Assembly: GCA_030390025.1 (NCBI GenBank)
Contig: CM059438.1
Location: 53,136,001-53,200,000 of the forward strand
Direction of reading: 5' to 3'
Source of the DNA: Squalus acanthias
Lineage: Eukaryota
DNA: 64,000 nucleotides
The position numbers were made by a program, and so were the translations under genes. The notes under the pieces are model-generated. The model did not search any database. It had not been told where the DNA came from and saw nothing but the letters and a program-made list of their open reading frames with translations. Shown here piece after piece: positions 37,341 through 50,920 of the stretch (the stretch's first letter is position 1; each line of letters starts with the position of its first letter).

Positions 37341-38602
37341 GGGCTAAAAATTCCAGTATGCTGGAAACCTGCTGGTAACAGCGCCGGCCAAGGCTAATGG
37401 CTGCCCGCCGAGAGAGCGCAGCGGCACTGGTATTTTGGTGCTGCCTGCTAATTAACATCAGCGGTGCGGAGATTTTGTGGTGTTAACGTGCTCTTTCCAG
37501 TGCTAAGCTCAGCAGGAGGCCGAAGGTCACGTCTGTCTCCCGCTTGCAGTGAAGGAGAACGGGGAAGAAAGGAACGAACCTGTGGGCCATGTTACAGAAC
37601 AGTTGCCATACTTACTACAACAATATTACCTGCCATCTGATTATTAACTATGTTGATTTTTTAATAGTTCATCAAATGAATGCATCTGCACTATCTGTAA
37701 CACTAATCTTTCTCCAATGGTTACTCTTGAAAGTGTTTAAATGTGTAGTAATCGTGCCAGGTTTTAGTGGGTCTTGCATACTCGACACAAAATAATTATT
37801 TGCTAAATAATTGGTTATGGAATTTTGAATAAATTAATTATAATTCCTTAAAACCTTAAGCAGTTGAGTCCAGAATTGCAAGGGGGTGGCGTTCTGGTGA
37901 CGCTATCATAAAGATAAAAGAGATCTTGTCAGAGATGATCTTCAAATGTTGCAATGGAGCTCTAGGCAATCTGATGCTCTTTAGGAATTTGTTTGTTTTA
38001 TTTGCTGGGAATCCGCCGAGGGATTTGCAGTTTTCTACAGGTGTTCAGTTCTGAAGTTAAAGCTTGTTCCACAAGGTTTTACCCATTGATTTACTGACCC
38101 ACAAACACTGTAGGCCTCCCAGAAAGCCGCCAGAAAATGGAACCCCCCCCCCCCAACACTGATGGGCAAAAGATGAAAGTAAAAAAGAAGAACCTTGGCA
38201 AATGAGGCGTTTGAAGTTCCAGCATCCATCCGAGCTGTTTCCACTTGTCAGCCTCCATCCTGGCTGTCTTACATTTGACAGCTGAAGCGTCCTCACGGCT
38301 GTTAATGCTGCTGAAACGCTTTTAGCGGCCGCACACACAGCTTGCTATAGAGAGGGCAGCAAGAGGAGCCACGATATCCAGAATGGATGAGCGGGAGTCA
38401 ACTCGCTGTTATCGCCGACTGACGTCACACTCCGACTCATTACAATATTTTCGGTGAGCGCAGGCAACGGCAGCGCTGCCGACCCGCCGAAAATGGCGGC
38501 CGCCGCGGGACCCACCGGCAGCAGACAAAAGTGCATCGGTCGCCATGTTTTCCCCCGAATCGGGCGGTAACGGGTGGCAGTAAGACCTCGAATTTTCAGC
38601 CC
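37341..38602. mobile_element. Harbinger-type non-autonomous element
   Basis: TIRs GGGCTAAAAATTC / GAATTTTCAGCCC; GC-rich subterminal regions; TSD unclear. Confidence 0.6.
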
Positions 38603-38757
38603 CCTATTTTCTGACAGAGTTCCAATTTCTCCCACACTCTTTCCTTAAATCATTTGATATACATCTCACCCATTACTTCCACTATTAAACAATGAGACAA
38701 CTGACTGAGCTAAATGCGAGTTTTCATTCCTGCACACTTACGTTCGTCATTTTGTTT

Positions 38758-39183
38758 GGCTGTGAAATTCCCAGGGCACTGCTCCTTTGGCACAAGTGTG
38801 GCAGAGCAGGACCCCCACTGATGGCTGGAGACTCCATCCCAAATTGCCGGGATGGGCCCATATTCTTGGCAGATTGGATGCCTCAGGCCTACAAGGGCAC
38901 CTGCCCCAATACGCTCTTCTAAGACAGAGTGGCCCACAGTTACTCCACCTGAGGTGCCCTGAGGCCCTTCCAGACCAAAGAATAAAGAGTTAAAAGCCTT
39001 GATCCATTACCTTGCTCTAGTTAAGGTTTGGGGCCTTTCCAAAGTTAGACGATCTGCCCTTCCCCAGCACCAGAAAATGACTGTTCCAAAATCAAATGGG
39101 GTGGAATCCCACAGTAACCAGATTCTGCCCTGATTCAGAGATCTGCCAAGTTTGGGCCCTGGCCTGAGAGGAATTTCAGGGCC
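38758..39183. mobile_element. Harbinger-type MITE
   Basis: TIRs GGCTGTGAAATTCC / GGAATTTCAGGGCC; TTT on both flanks. Confidence 0.7.
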
Positions 39184-40603
39184 TTTTCTGTGGTCCGTAG
39201 TAATTCCCTATTAGTTGGAACACGATGGTTCATGAAGTGATGGAACCACGTGTGGATCATTGGTGAAAATGATTGGTCAGAGTTACACAGAGAATGCATT
39301 GTATGGTCTGGTGTGTATCCTGGAAGTTTGCTTATCTCAAGGTGTTGGAATTCTGAGATTCATCTTCATGGAGGTTTTCCATTGCATGCCTTTGCTCTGT
39401 ATCGTAAATCCCTCGGAGACCTCTTCCTGCATGTGAGGAGTGTTATGTAAATACAATCTTGTTGCTTTTTCATCCCACACGTTTGAATGTTTCCTTAGTT
39501 TCTTACAGCTGCACTTATAAATCAACTGATTGCTTCCCCTCTGAGTTTACATCTACCCTGTTGTTATTGGCAGATAGCGCTGACTAGAAATTCCAACTAT
39601 TTTTCATCTTTACTCCTGAACATTCGTGTATAGGCTGATTATTACACATCCGACGTAACTGAAATTCCTGCCTCCTTTCAGCTTTTACCCTTGCCTCTGT
39701 ATAATTTCCCTTGAATAGTTTTCAACTCCCAGTGTTTTATTCACATACTCTTAAACATTGCATTGACCTTTCTTTCCAGATTTGCCTGTTTAAGATTTTT
39801 ATCCCATTCCACGTTTCTCTAGTCTTTTATCTCGACTCATTTTTTAGGGCAGTTATGTCATCCATTTCCCTCCTAACTTATTTGCATCGTCCCTACATTC
39901 AGTCACCACACCCCAGGCTGCTCATTATATAACATTACAGCTCCCTTGTGCTCCTGTACGCTTCATTTACTGAATTTACAGTATGTCCTCCCCAGTAGTC
40001 ATCCCAGTCATCCCAAGGCCCAGCTGTAAATCCTTCAAATGACAATTTCATACAGTGACAGCAGGAAATTCTAGCCCATTGGCACTTGTATATTTTAAAT
40101 GGGTCAGGATATGTCATTAGTCCCAAAACTCAGATCAGCATATGTCACTCAGCATGTGAGCTTAGCCTGAGAGAACCCTGTATTCACTTTGGATAGTCCA
40201 GATTTGATCAGATTCTCCTCCACGATCCCCCCGACATTGTGCGGGATCAGAGCAGAGGATGAAGTAAAGTGAAGGCCGAGAGGCCCATTGCTGCCTCACC
40301 GTCCTACCTGTACCATCGCTGCTCTCTCCGTGCCCCCTGGCCCCATGTCAGCGGCGATGAAGAGGGCAGGGCCTGGGCTCCTAGCAGAGTTCCCTCCCAG
40401 TGTTACTATCGCTTCCCACAGCTGCCGTGGGGAAGGTGGCAGCAGGCACTGGAAGTGACAGTAACGTCCCTGACGTACCCCCCTGGAGGGACAGGGCCTT
40501 GCACAGGCATCCCCTCCCTCAGCCTGGCCTCTAACACTTACCTGGTCAAGGCCCCAGTCTCAGCATTCATGGGTGACATTGGGGGAAACTTTAACACCAA
40601 GGA

Positions 40604-41060
40604 CGGGGGGGTTGGGGGGGTTGGGGGGAGTTGGGGGGAGTTGGGGGGGTTGGGGGATTGGTGGGGGGTTGGTGAGGGGTTGGGGGATTGGTGGGGGGTT
40701 GGTGGGGCTTGGTGGGGGTTGGAGGGGTTGGTGAGGGGTTGGGGGGAGGTTGGTGGGGGGTTGGTGGGGGATTGGGGGGTTGGTGGGGGATTGGGGGGGT
40801 TGGTGAGGGGTTGGTGAGGGGGTTGGGGGGAGTTGGTGGGGGTTGGTGGGGGATTGGGGGAGTTGGTGGGGGATTGGGGAGTTGGGGGGGGTTGGGGGAG
40901 TTGGTGGGGGTTGGGGGAGTTGGGGGGGGTTGGGGGAGTTGGGGGGAGGTTGGGGGAGTTGGGGGGGGTTGGTGGGGGATTGGGGGGTTGGTGGGAGGTT
41001 GGGGGAGTTGGGGGGGGTTGGTGGAGTGTTGGGGGGGGTTGGTGGAGTGTTGGTGGGGGA
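40604..41060. repeat. G-rich simple repeat (GGGGGAGTTG / GGTGGGGGTT variants)
   Basis: Direct reading. Confidence 0.9.
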
Positions 41061-41267
41061 AAGGTTAGATGGTAAGAATTTTAAAAACCTCAAACCTGAA
41101 TCCAACCACCCAATTCCAGTTTTAACAGTGGCGGGTCGGGGGCAATCGATCAATCAGCTCGCAGGAGGCGGGTCGGCCACTGAAATCTTTAAGGAGGCTG
41201 TGAGCCTCCATTTGAACTGGATTTTTATTTTTAACACCTGGAAGCCTGGTTTCCCGGGATTTATGGT

Positions 41268-41402
41268 CCCCAGACTGCCCGAGTGTGTCAGACTCCAGAC
41301 TCCCCGAGTGTGTCAGACTCCAGACTCCCCGAGTGTGTCAGACTCCAGACTCCCCGAGTGTGTCAGACCCCAGACTCCCTGAGTGTGTCAGACCCCAGAC
41401 TC
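41268..41402. repeat. 25-bp tandem repeat (CCCCGAGTGTGTCAGACTCCAGACT), about 5 copies
   Basis: Direct reading. Confidence 0.9.
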
Positions 41403-41550
41403 TACAATGCCTTCCATTGTTGGTCATAATCCAAGTTAAATTAATGGCTTTAACATAAATGAGAATGTCATCCCAGACAGACTGAAAGGGTTAAAACAAA
41501 TAAATTCCCAGGATGGACCGTATTTATCCTGAGGCCTTAACAGAGATAAG

Positions 41551-41996
41551 GGGCTGGATTTTGAATGACCCATGGAGTCGGGTTTGGAGGCGTGTGGGGG
41601 GTTAAATTTGCGGGGTCGGGGGTCCCGACCCCATCCCGACTCCATCCTGCCTCCACGCAATTTTGACAAAATCAGTTGCGGGGTTCCCGACTCCGTCCCG
41701 CCTCCAAGAGGCGGGAGAGGCCATTAAAGCCCTTAACAAGCCCTAAATTGGCTCTGTAATGCCATTTTGAAACGTTTTAGCTAGTTTAACCCTTTTCTGA
41801 CGTGAAGTACGCCTGATGTGAAACACTCCAGTGAAACCTGGCGGGAGCACAAGTGGATAGCTGATAGTCAGCTGCAGGTGCACTATTACAACGGCGATGT
41901 GATGAAGGTAGTAGTATTAGGTCTGAAAGTCGCTGCTGCATTGAATGTCTTCAGAGACTGCATGGCCTTTGCTGTGAGAGGACATGGATGCAAAAA

Positions 41997-42041
<45 letters not shown>

Positions 42042-42336
42042 TCTCATATATATATATCAATTTTGCATCCAGGTCCAATCACATCAAAAGCCAGGCAGGT
42101 CCTCTCTCAGCAACAGCCAGACAGTCTCTCACCTGCAATGCTGCAACAATGATGACATCATCAGAGGCGACTTTCAGACTGAAACCACTAATTAGTTCAT
42201 GGGTTCCCACATGCTGGAACTCAATTGCCCAATTAAGTGAAAATTGCATCATTCATCCACATTAATCTGGAGTCGGGGGGGAACACGAAATGCGGATGAC
42301 ACGACCCCAACCCGACCCCAAGACAAAATCCAACCC
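41551..42336. mobile_element. Harbinger-type MITE
   Basis: TIRs GGGCTGGATTTT / AAAATCCAACCC; AAG on both flanks. Confidence 0.75.
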
Positions 42337-43126
42337 AAGGGGTGAGACTTGAGATGTTCTCGAGTCCCTGGGATAAAAATTGGATTGCCCCCGAAAACGG
42401 GCGCAGGCATCGCGATGTGAGATTGGCCCGTGCTTGTTGAGAGGAATACAGGCAGCTGCCACCTTCATGCTGCCTGCGTTCAGCCCAGCGCTGGACGCGT
42501 TGCTGAGTGGCTGAATGCTCAGCAGGGGGCCCAAGTTCGTGCGAGGCTGGCACCAATTAAAGCTGGCCTGCACTACTTAAAGGCAGTCTGCAACTCTTAA
42601 AGGGGAGGCGCATTCTGACTACAGCAGCTCATGCAACTGACTGGGGGAGACAGTACAAATGTCACAACAGGGGAGAGAGCGTGCACCAAGGTTCTCAGAT
42701 GTAGCAATGGAGGCCTTGGTGCAGGAGGTGGAAAGGAGGAGAAAGGTCCTGTTTCCACAGGGGGTCAAGAGGCCTTCCAGGCAAAATCAAAAACACCAAT
42801 GGGAGCAGATAGCCACAGCTGTCAATGCCAGCAGTGTTGCCCCAAGGACCTGGCTGCAGTGCAGGAAGAAGTTTAATGACATCACACAAGTGTTCAAGGT
42901 CAGTGAATTAATCTTCAAATGCCATATCCCACCATCTGCGCCACTAGCCTCACACACTGCTCAATGCACCACACCGCCATCACTCACCTACCCACAATCT
43001 CTATCAAACAGGACTCACACCTCACATTCATATGCTCCATCTTACCCTCACACACTTACCACTGCTGCAAGGCTCACACCCACATCTCACAGCTTGTACA
43101 CACGGTCAGCTATTCAACCATGACAG

Positions 43127-46100
43127 GCACATCACCCAAACACACTGCACCACATTCACTGACACACACATCACCCAAACACACTGCACCACACCCACTG
43201 ACACACACATCACCCAAACACATTGCACCACATTCACTGACACACACATCACCCAAACACATTGCACCACACTCACTGACACACACATCACCCAAACACA
43301 TTGCACCACACTCACTGACACACACATCACCCAAACACATTGCACCACACTCACTGACACACACATCACCCAAACACATTGCACCACACTCACTGACACA
43401 CATCACCCAAACACATTGCACCACACTCATTGACACACATCAACCAATCACATTGCACCCCACTCACTGACACACACTTCACCCAAACATATTGCACCAC
43501 ATTCACTGACACACACAACACCCAAACACATTGCACCACACTCACTGACACACACATCACCCAAACACATTGCACCACACTCACTGACACACACATCACC
43601 CAAACACATTGCACCACACTCACTGACACATACATCACCCAAACACAATGCACCACACTCACTGACACACACAACACCCAAACACATTGCACCACACTCA
43701 CTGACACACACAACACCCAAACACATTGCACCACATTCACTGACACACACAACACCCAAACACATTGCACCACACTCACTGACACATACATCACCCAAAC
43801 ACAATGCACTACACTCACTGACACATACATCACCCAAACACAATGCACCACACTCACCGACACACTTCACCCAAACACATGGCTCCACACTCACTGACAC
43901 ACTTCACCCAAACACATTGCACCACACTCACTGACACACTTCACCCAAACACATTGCACCACACTCACTGACACACTTCACCCAAACACATTGCACCACA
44001 CTCACTGACACAATTCACCCAAACACATTGCACCACACTCACTGACACACTTCACCCAAACACATTGCACCACACTCACTGACACACTTCACCCCAACAC
44101 ATTGCACCACACTCACTGACAATCACATCACCCAAACACATTACACCACACTGACTGACACATACATCACCCAAACACATTGCACCACACTCACTGACAC
44201 ACTTCACCCAAACACATTGCACCACACTCACTGACACACACATCACCCAAACACATTACACCACACTCACTGACACATACATCACCCAAACACATTGCTC
44301 CACACTCACTGACACACTTCACTCAAACACATTGCACCACACTCACTGACACACTTCACCCAAACACATTGCACCACACTCACTGACACACTTCACTCAA
44401 ACACATTGCACCACACTCACTGACACACTTCACCTCAACACATTGCACCACACTCACTGACACTCACATCACCCAAACACATTACACCACACTGACTGAC
44501 ACATACATCACCCAAACACATTGCACCACACTCACTGACACACTTCACCCAAACACATTGCACCACACTCACTGACACACACATCACCCAAACACATTAC
44601 ACCACACTCACTGACACATACATCACCCAAACACATTGCTCCACACTCACTGACACACTTCACTCAAACACATTGCACCACACTCACTGACACACTTCAC
44701 CCAAACACATTGCACCACACTCACTGACACACTTCACTCAAACACATTGCACCACACTCACTGACACACTTCACCCAAACACATTGCACCACACTCACTG
44801 ACACTTCACCCAAACACATTGCACCACACTCACTGACACCCACATCACCCAAACACATTGCACCATACTCACTGACACTTCACCCAAACACATTGTACCA
44901 CACTCACTGACACACACATCACCCAAACACATTACACCACACTCACTGACACACACATCACCCAAACACATTGCACCACACTCACTGACACACACATCAC
45001 CCAAACACATTGCACCATACTCACTGACACACTTCACCCAAACACATTGCACCACACTCACTGACACTCACATCACCCAAACACATTGCACCACACTCAC
45101 TGACACACTTCACCCAAACACATTGCACCACACTCATTGACACACACTTCACCCAAACACATTGCACCACACTCACTGACACACTTCACCCAAACACACT
45201 GCACCACACTCACTGACACACATCACCCAAACACACTGCACCACACTCACTGACACACATCACCCAAACACATTGCACCACACTCACTGACACACATCAC
45301 CCAAACACATTGCACCACACTCACTGACACACTTCACCCAAACACATTGCACCACTCTCACTGACACACACATCACCCAAACACATTGCACCACACTCAC
45401 TGACACACTTCATCCAAACACATTGCACCACACTCACTGACACACACATCACCCAAACACATTGCACCACACTCATTGACACACACATCACCCAAACACA
45501 TTGCACCACACTCACTGACACACTTCACCCAAACACATTGCACCACACTCACTGACACACTTCACCCAAACACACTGCACCACACTCACTGACACACATC
45601 ACCCAAACACACTGCACCACACTCACTGACACACATCACCCAAACACACTGCACCACACTCACTGACACACATCACCCAAACACACTGCACCACACTCAC
45701 TGACACACATCACCCAAACACATTGCACCACACTCACTGACACACATCACCCAAACACATTGCACCACACTCACTGACACACACATCACCCAAACACATT
45801 ACACCACACTCACTGACACATACATCACCCAAACACATTGCTCCACACTCACTGACACACTTCACTCAAACACATTGCACCACACTCACTGACACACTTC
45901 ACCCCAACACATTGCACCACACTCACTGACACTCACATCACCCAAACACATTACACCACACTGACTGACACATACATCACCCAAACACATTGCACCACAC
46001 TCACTGACACACTTCACCCAAACACATTGCACCACACTCACTGACACACACATCACCCAAACACATTACACCACACTCACTGACACATACATCACCCAAA

Positions 46101-47630
46101 CACATTGCACCACACTCACTGACACACTTCACTCAAACACATTGCACCACACTCACTGACACACTTCACCCAAACACATTGCACCACACTCACTGACACA
46201 CTTCACCCAAACACATTGCACCACACTCACTGACACTTCACCCAAACACATTGCACCACACTCACTGACACCCACATCACCCAAACACATTGCACCATAC
46301 TCACTGACACTTCACCCAAACACATTGTACCACACTCACTGACACACACATCACCCAAACACATTACACCACACTCACTGACACACATCACCCAAACACA
46401 TTGCACCACACTCACTGACACACACATCACCCAAACACATTGCACCATACTCACTGACACACTTCACCCAAACACATTGCACCACACTCACTGACACTCA
46501 CATCACCCAAACACATTGCACCACACTCACTGACACACTTCACCCAAACACATTGCACCACACTCATTGACACACACTTCACCCAAACACATTGCACCAC
46601 ACTCACTAACACACTTCACCCAAACACACTGCACCACACTCACTGACACACATCACCCAAACACACTGCACCACACTCACTGACACACATCACCCAAACA
46701 CATTGCACCACACTCACTGACACACATCACCCAAACACATTGCACCACACTCACTGACACACTCGACCCAAACACATTGCACCACTCTCACTGACACACA
46801 CATCACCCAAACACATTGCACCACACTCACTGACACACTTCATCCAAACACATTGCACCACACTCACTGACACACACATCACCCAAACACATTGCACCAC
46901 ACTCATTGACACACACATCACCCAAACACATTGCACCACACTCACTGACACACTTCACCCAAACACATTGCACCACACTCACTGACACACTTCACCCAAA
47001 CACACTGCACCACACTCACTGACACACATCACCCAAACACACTGCACCACACTCACTGACACACATCACCCAAACACAATGCACCACACTCACTGACACA
47101 CATCACCCAAACACACTGCACCACACTCACTGACACACATCACCCAAACACATTGCACCACACTCACTGACACACATCACCCAAACACATTGCACCACAC
47201 TCACTGACACACTTCACCCAAACACATTGCACCACTCTCACTGACACACACATCACCCAAACACATTGCACCACACTCACTGACACACTTCATCCAAACA
47301 CATTGCACCACACTCACTGACACACACATCACCCAAACACATTGCACCACACTCATTGACACACACATCACCCAAACACATTGCACCACACTCACTGACA
47401 CACTTCACCCAAACACATTGCACCACACTCACTGACACACTTCACCCAAACACACTGCACCACACTCACTGACACACATCACCCAAACACATTGCACCAC
47501 ACTCACTGACACACACATCACCCAAACACACTGCACCACACTCACTGACACTCACATCACCCAAACACATTTCACCACACTCACTGACACACATCACCCA
47601 AACACGTTGCACCACACTCACTGACACACT
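43127..47630. repeat. 33-37-bp minisatellite (ACACACATCACCCAAACACATTGCACCACACTCACTG), about 125 units, inside Myb intron 1
   Basis: Direct reading; higher-order duplications with offsets of about 1430 and 450 bp seen from repeated ORF variants. Confidence 0.97.
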
Positions 47631-48074
47631 TCCCTTTCTCTTGCAGAACTGGATGGCTCAAAATCGGAGCCCGCAGGGGCTACCCAAGGGGGCACAGCCA
47701 TGCCTGCATAATCTCAACAACCAGAGGAGACGGTGCTGGCCATTCTTGGGAGTGCCATCGCTGAGCCCGTGGCCAGCGGCGGGGCTGAAGCAATCCAAGA
47801 TGACAGTATCCTCATACCTAATCCTCCTTCTCACATCCCACTTCCCCTTCATCCCACTATCTCTTCTGACTTACAAGCTGCAGATTGTGTAAGCTTGCAG
47901 CTCTTGCTTCCCTGCCCCCCTGCCCCCTCCCTTCAACCCCCGCCCTCACCACAACCCTACCCTTGTGCCTTTCTCCTTTCAGATAGTCAAGAGCTGCCAC
48001 CTGGCCAGGCACTGGTGGAGGAGCAGGAAGACAGTGATCATGAAGACACAGCGTCACTCGATTCCACACTCCCT

Positions 48075-48692
48075 GGCCGAGATTTTGCTGACCTTAGCGG
48101 ATCCGGTGAGGCCGGTGTCGGTGGCGAGTCACAGCTCCGCTGATGGCTCCATTCCACTGCCTAAAATGAACTTAGCTCAATGGGGCTTGTTAAGCCTGCC
48201 CAGTGCACCAGGGCTGCACCCAGGTTCTCCCATGACTCCCTACATATGCTTATGGAGGGAGTCAGAGCACACAGGGAGGTCCTCTTCCCTTCCCATGGGC
48301 GAAAGAGACCTCCCCAGGGGACCAAGACAGGGTTGCACATTGCAGAGGAGGACACAAGCAGGGATGTGGTCAGGAGGACCTGGGTGCAGTGCCGCAAACC
48401 TTTCAATGATCTCAGTAGATCAGAAAACGTGAGTACAAACCCTGTGGGCGAGCAGTTAAAGTTAAAAGGTAAGGTTAAAACCGTTATTAAGGGTCTGTCA
48501 ACAAGCCAATAATTGCTTTAATTGGGTCGCCCACCTCTGCTGGTCGGGCCCGATCCAAGATCACAGATGTGCCATTGGGAAAGGCGCGTTGCGGCGGGAT
48601 GACAGCGGGTTCCTGACCCAGTGTCAAAAAAATCAAATTTCCCACCCGACCCGCCACCGATCCCGCCCACTGACCCCCTGGAAAATCCGGCC
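48075..48692 (+). mobile_element. Small Harbinger derivative retaining a decayed Myb exon 1, nested in the family B Myb exon 3
   Basis: TIRs GGCCGAGATTTT / AAAATCCGGCC; RAAPRFSHDSL...RRTWVQCRKPFNDL followed by GTGAGT. Confidence 0.78.
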
Positions 48693-49051
48693 CCAGCCCC
48701 CAGCTCAGATATTGACATTCCGCGTACCTGAGAGGATAGCTTCGATGTGGGATCAGCATGTGATAATTCACCGGGCATGAGTGACCTGCAGCCAGGGCAG
48801 GGGGAAAGGGCAGCACAGGTGCCAGCTCCCCAGAGGGTGAGGTCACACACGAGTACTGCTGCAGAGGACTCAGATGAGGACTTCGATGGGGCGGCCTACA
48901 GATGAAGGCTGATGGGTATGCACAATAAAATGCTTGGTGCATTGGGAAGCCTGCTAGAAAGCCTGAGTGTAATGTCAAGGAGCATGGAGGTGTCCAGCAC
49001 TAACCTTGCACAGGGCTTTGCGCAGAGCTTGGAGCCCGTGATTTCCAGCAT

Positions 49052-49259
49052 AGTCTTGTTGCATGCGGGCAAGGACTGCTTCATTATCTGAGGAGATGCG
49101 AATGGAACTGAACAGTATGCATTCATCAGCGAACATCCCCACTTCTGACCCTATGTTGGAGGGAAGGTCATTGATGAAGCAGCTGAAGATGGTTGGACCT
49201 AGGACACTGCCCTGAGGAACTCCTGCAGCGATGTCCTGGGGCTGTGATGATTGGCCTCC
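49052..49259 (-). mobile_element. RT-core fragment, probably of the tRNA-headed LINE family
   Basis: Hand translation GGQSSQPQDIAAGVPQGSVLGPTIFSCFINDLPSNIGSEVGMFADE. Confidence 0.85.
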
Positions 49260-50920
49260 TTGGTGGGAGCAGAAATTCTGTCATCCTGAGAGAGGACAGC
49301 ATCTTCCTGCTCGACCGACACACTGGCACTCCCACGGGGCAGTACCTCAGCATCCGGAGCAATCTGCTCGAGCACAGATTGCGGGCCTGCTGCGGCACCG
49401 TGAGAGCCCCGGGGCAATGTGGCCGACCCTGCGACGATGGCAGCAGTCAGTGCTTGCGTGACATCAATCTGAGACTCCACGAGAGCAGTCTGAGACTGGA
49501 TGGCAGCAGCCAGTGACTGAATTGCAGCACTAAGCCATTGCGTTGCATCGGCCTGTGCTGCAGCGGACTGCTCCACACTCCTAGCCAGTCCATCAATGCT
49601 TTCGGGCACCCTTGCCATTGCACCCATGAGCTCAGTGTGCATGCTCAAGGCCTGGCTATTCATTTCCGCGATGACGCGCTCCTCCTCTGCGTCCAGTGCA
49701 GCAGGATTCGCTTGCCTACTCACCCTCCGGGGAGATGGCCCCCGAGCTTCCCTACCCCCATGGCGTTGCTGCAGCCCGCTGGGTCCCGGAGCTTCACCCT
49801 CATCAGACCCTTCCCCCCCTGCTCCCCTCCATGGAAGGCGTGGTCCCAGTGTGGGCATGGGCTCCCTCGGGAGACGCAGGCGCTGAGGCTCCGGCTTCCT
49901 CTACCTCCTCGCCTGGGGTGTCGCTGCCACTGGTTGGTTGAGGGACAGGCTGGTCAGCTGGTGGTTCACTATCTGAAAGCAGGGAGGTACAAGAGTGGCT
50001 TTAGCATCAGAACAGGGGGGCAGTAAGGGAGCAAGGACTGGAGACATTTAGTAAGTTGGATTGAAAGTGTAAAAGGCTGGTGTTGTGAGGGGCAAGTGGA
50101 ATGAGAGAGGAGAGAAAGCTGATAAACATACCATTGCTCTCCCGAACGGGGTCGACCTCTCCAGCGGACACGGCACCTATCACCTGGCTGGCAACAATCC
50201 TGTGCATGCGCGCCTCCAAACCGCTGAGGGTCTGCAGCTCAGTCGGTCCTCCTCCTGTGCGTTGCTGCTGGCGCCTGTTATGAGAGAGCTTGGCCTGCAA
50301 GAAAAAGGACGGCGTCTGAGTGAATGTGCAGCCATGTGCTTGCCTGATATGCCTCCCATAGTTGAACAGCCCTTAATGTATCCAGCCATGTGCTTGCCTG
50401 ATGTGCCTCCCATAGTTGAATAGCCCTTAATGTATGCAGCCATGTGCTTGCCTGATGTGCCTCCCATAGTTGAATAGCCCTTAATGTATGCAGCCATGTG
50501 CTTGCCTGATGTGCCTCCCATAGTTGAATAGCCCTTAATGTATGCAAGGTGTGGAATGTGCGTGTGTGTTTTATGAGATGGCCATAGGTCTTGGATGTTG
50601 GGCATTTGGGGTTTTTAAAGCCTCTGGGCACCGAGTGAAGTTGAGATGGAGGGATGTAGAGGTATTGAAAAGCAGCCACTCACCCTGACCACCCAAGTGA
50701 GGTCGTTGAACTTCTTCCGACATTGGGTGTGGGTCCTCGGCACCAGGCTCCTCGAGGAGACGTGCTGAGCCACCTCCCTCCAGACTCTTCTGTATTCACG
50801 GGGCAATGGCCTCCTGCCACTCTGTGGGTAGAGCAGTGCCCGTTGCCGCTCCACAGCGCCACCCAGAGCCACCAAGGCCCGGTCGTTGAAGCGCTGAGCT
50901 CTTTCCCTGGGCCTCTCCAT
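49260..50920 (-). pseudogene. Harbinger Myb/SANT gene (exons 50920-50684, 50294-50132, 49972-49260)
   Basis: Exon 1 (237 nt) and exon 2 (163 nt) have the same lengths as in the first copy; frameshift in a G run near 49813. Confidence 0.88.
50330..50546. repeat. 54-bp tandem repeat (about 4 copies) in Myb intron 1
   Basis: Unit translates as YIKGYSTMGGTSGKHMAA; about 2 copies at 9350-9460 in the other family A copy. Confidence 0.9.

Larger units (their letters stand above)
42370..49050 (+). mobile_element. PIF/Harbinger element (family B), left end and Myb gene only
   Basis: TIR-like GGGATAAAAATTGG; CTTAAAGGGGAGG motif; Myb gene; truncated on the right. Confidence 0.75.
42659..49050 (+). pseudogene. 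Harbinger Myb/SANT gene (exons 42659-42898, 47647-47805, 47983-49050 interrupted by an insertion)
   Basis: RERAPRFSDVAMEALVQEV...QWEQIA...RTWLQCRKKFNDI; same intron positions as family A; frameshift in exon 2. Confidence 0.85.

Noticed and set aside
40560..41382. Gly- and Pro-rich ORFs
   Set aside because: Artefacts of the G-rich simple repeat.
42919..47401. His/Thr- and Cys/Val-rich repetitive ORFs
   Set aside because: Translations of the minisatellite; the frame shifts with unit length.
43127..47630. CRISPR-like array (35-37-bp repeats)
   Set aside because: Units are head-to-tail with no unique spacers, there are no cas genes, and the context is eukaryotic intronic DNA.
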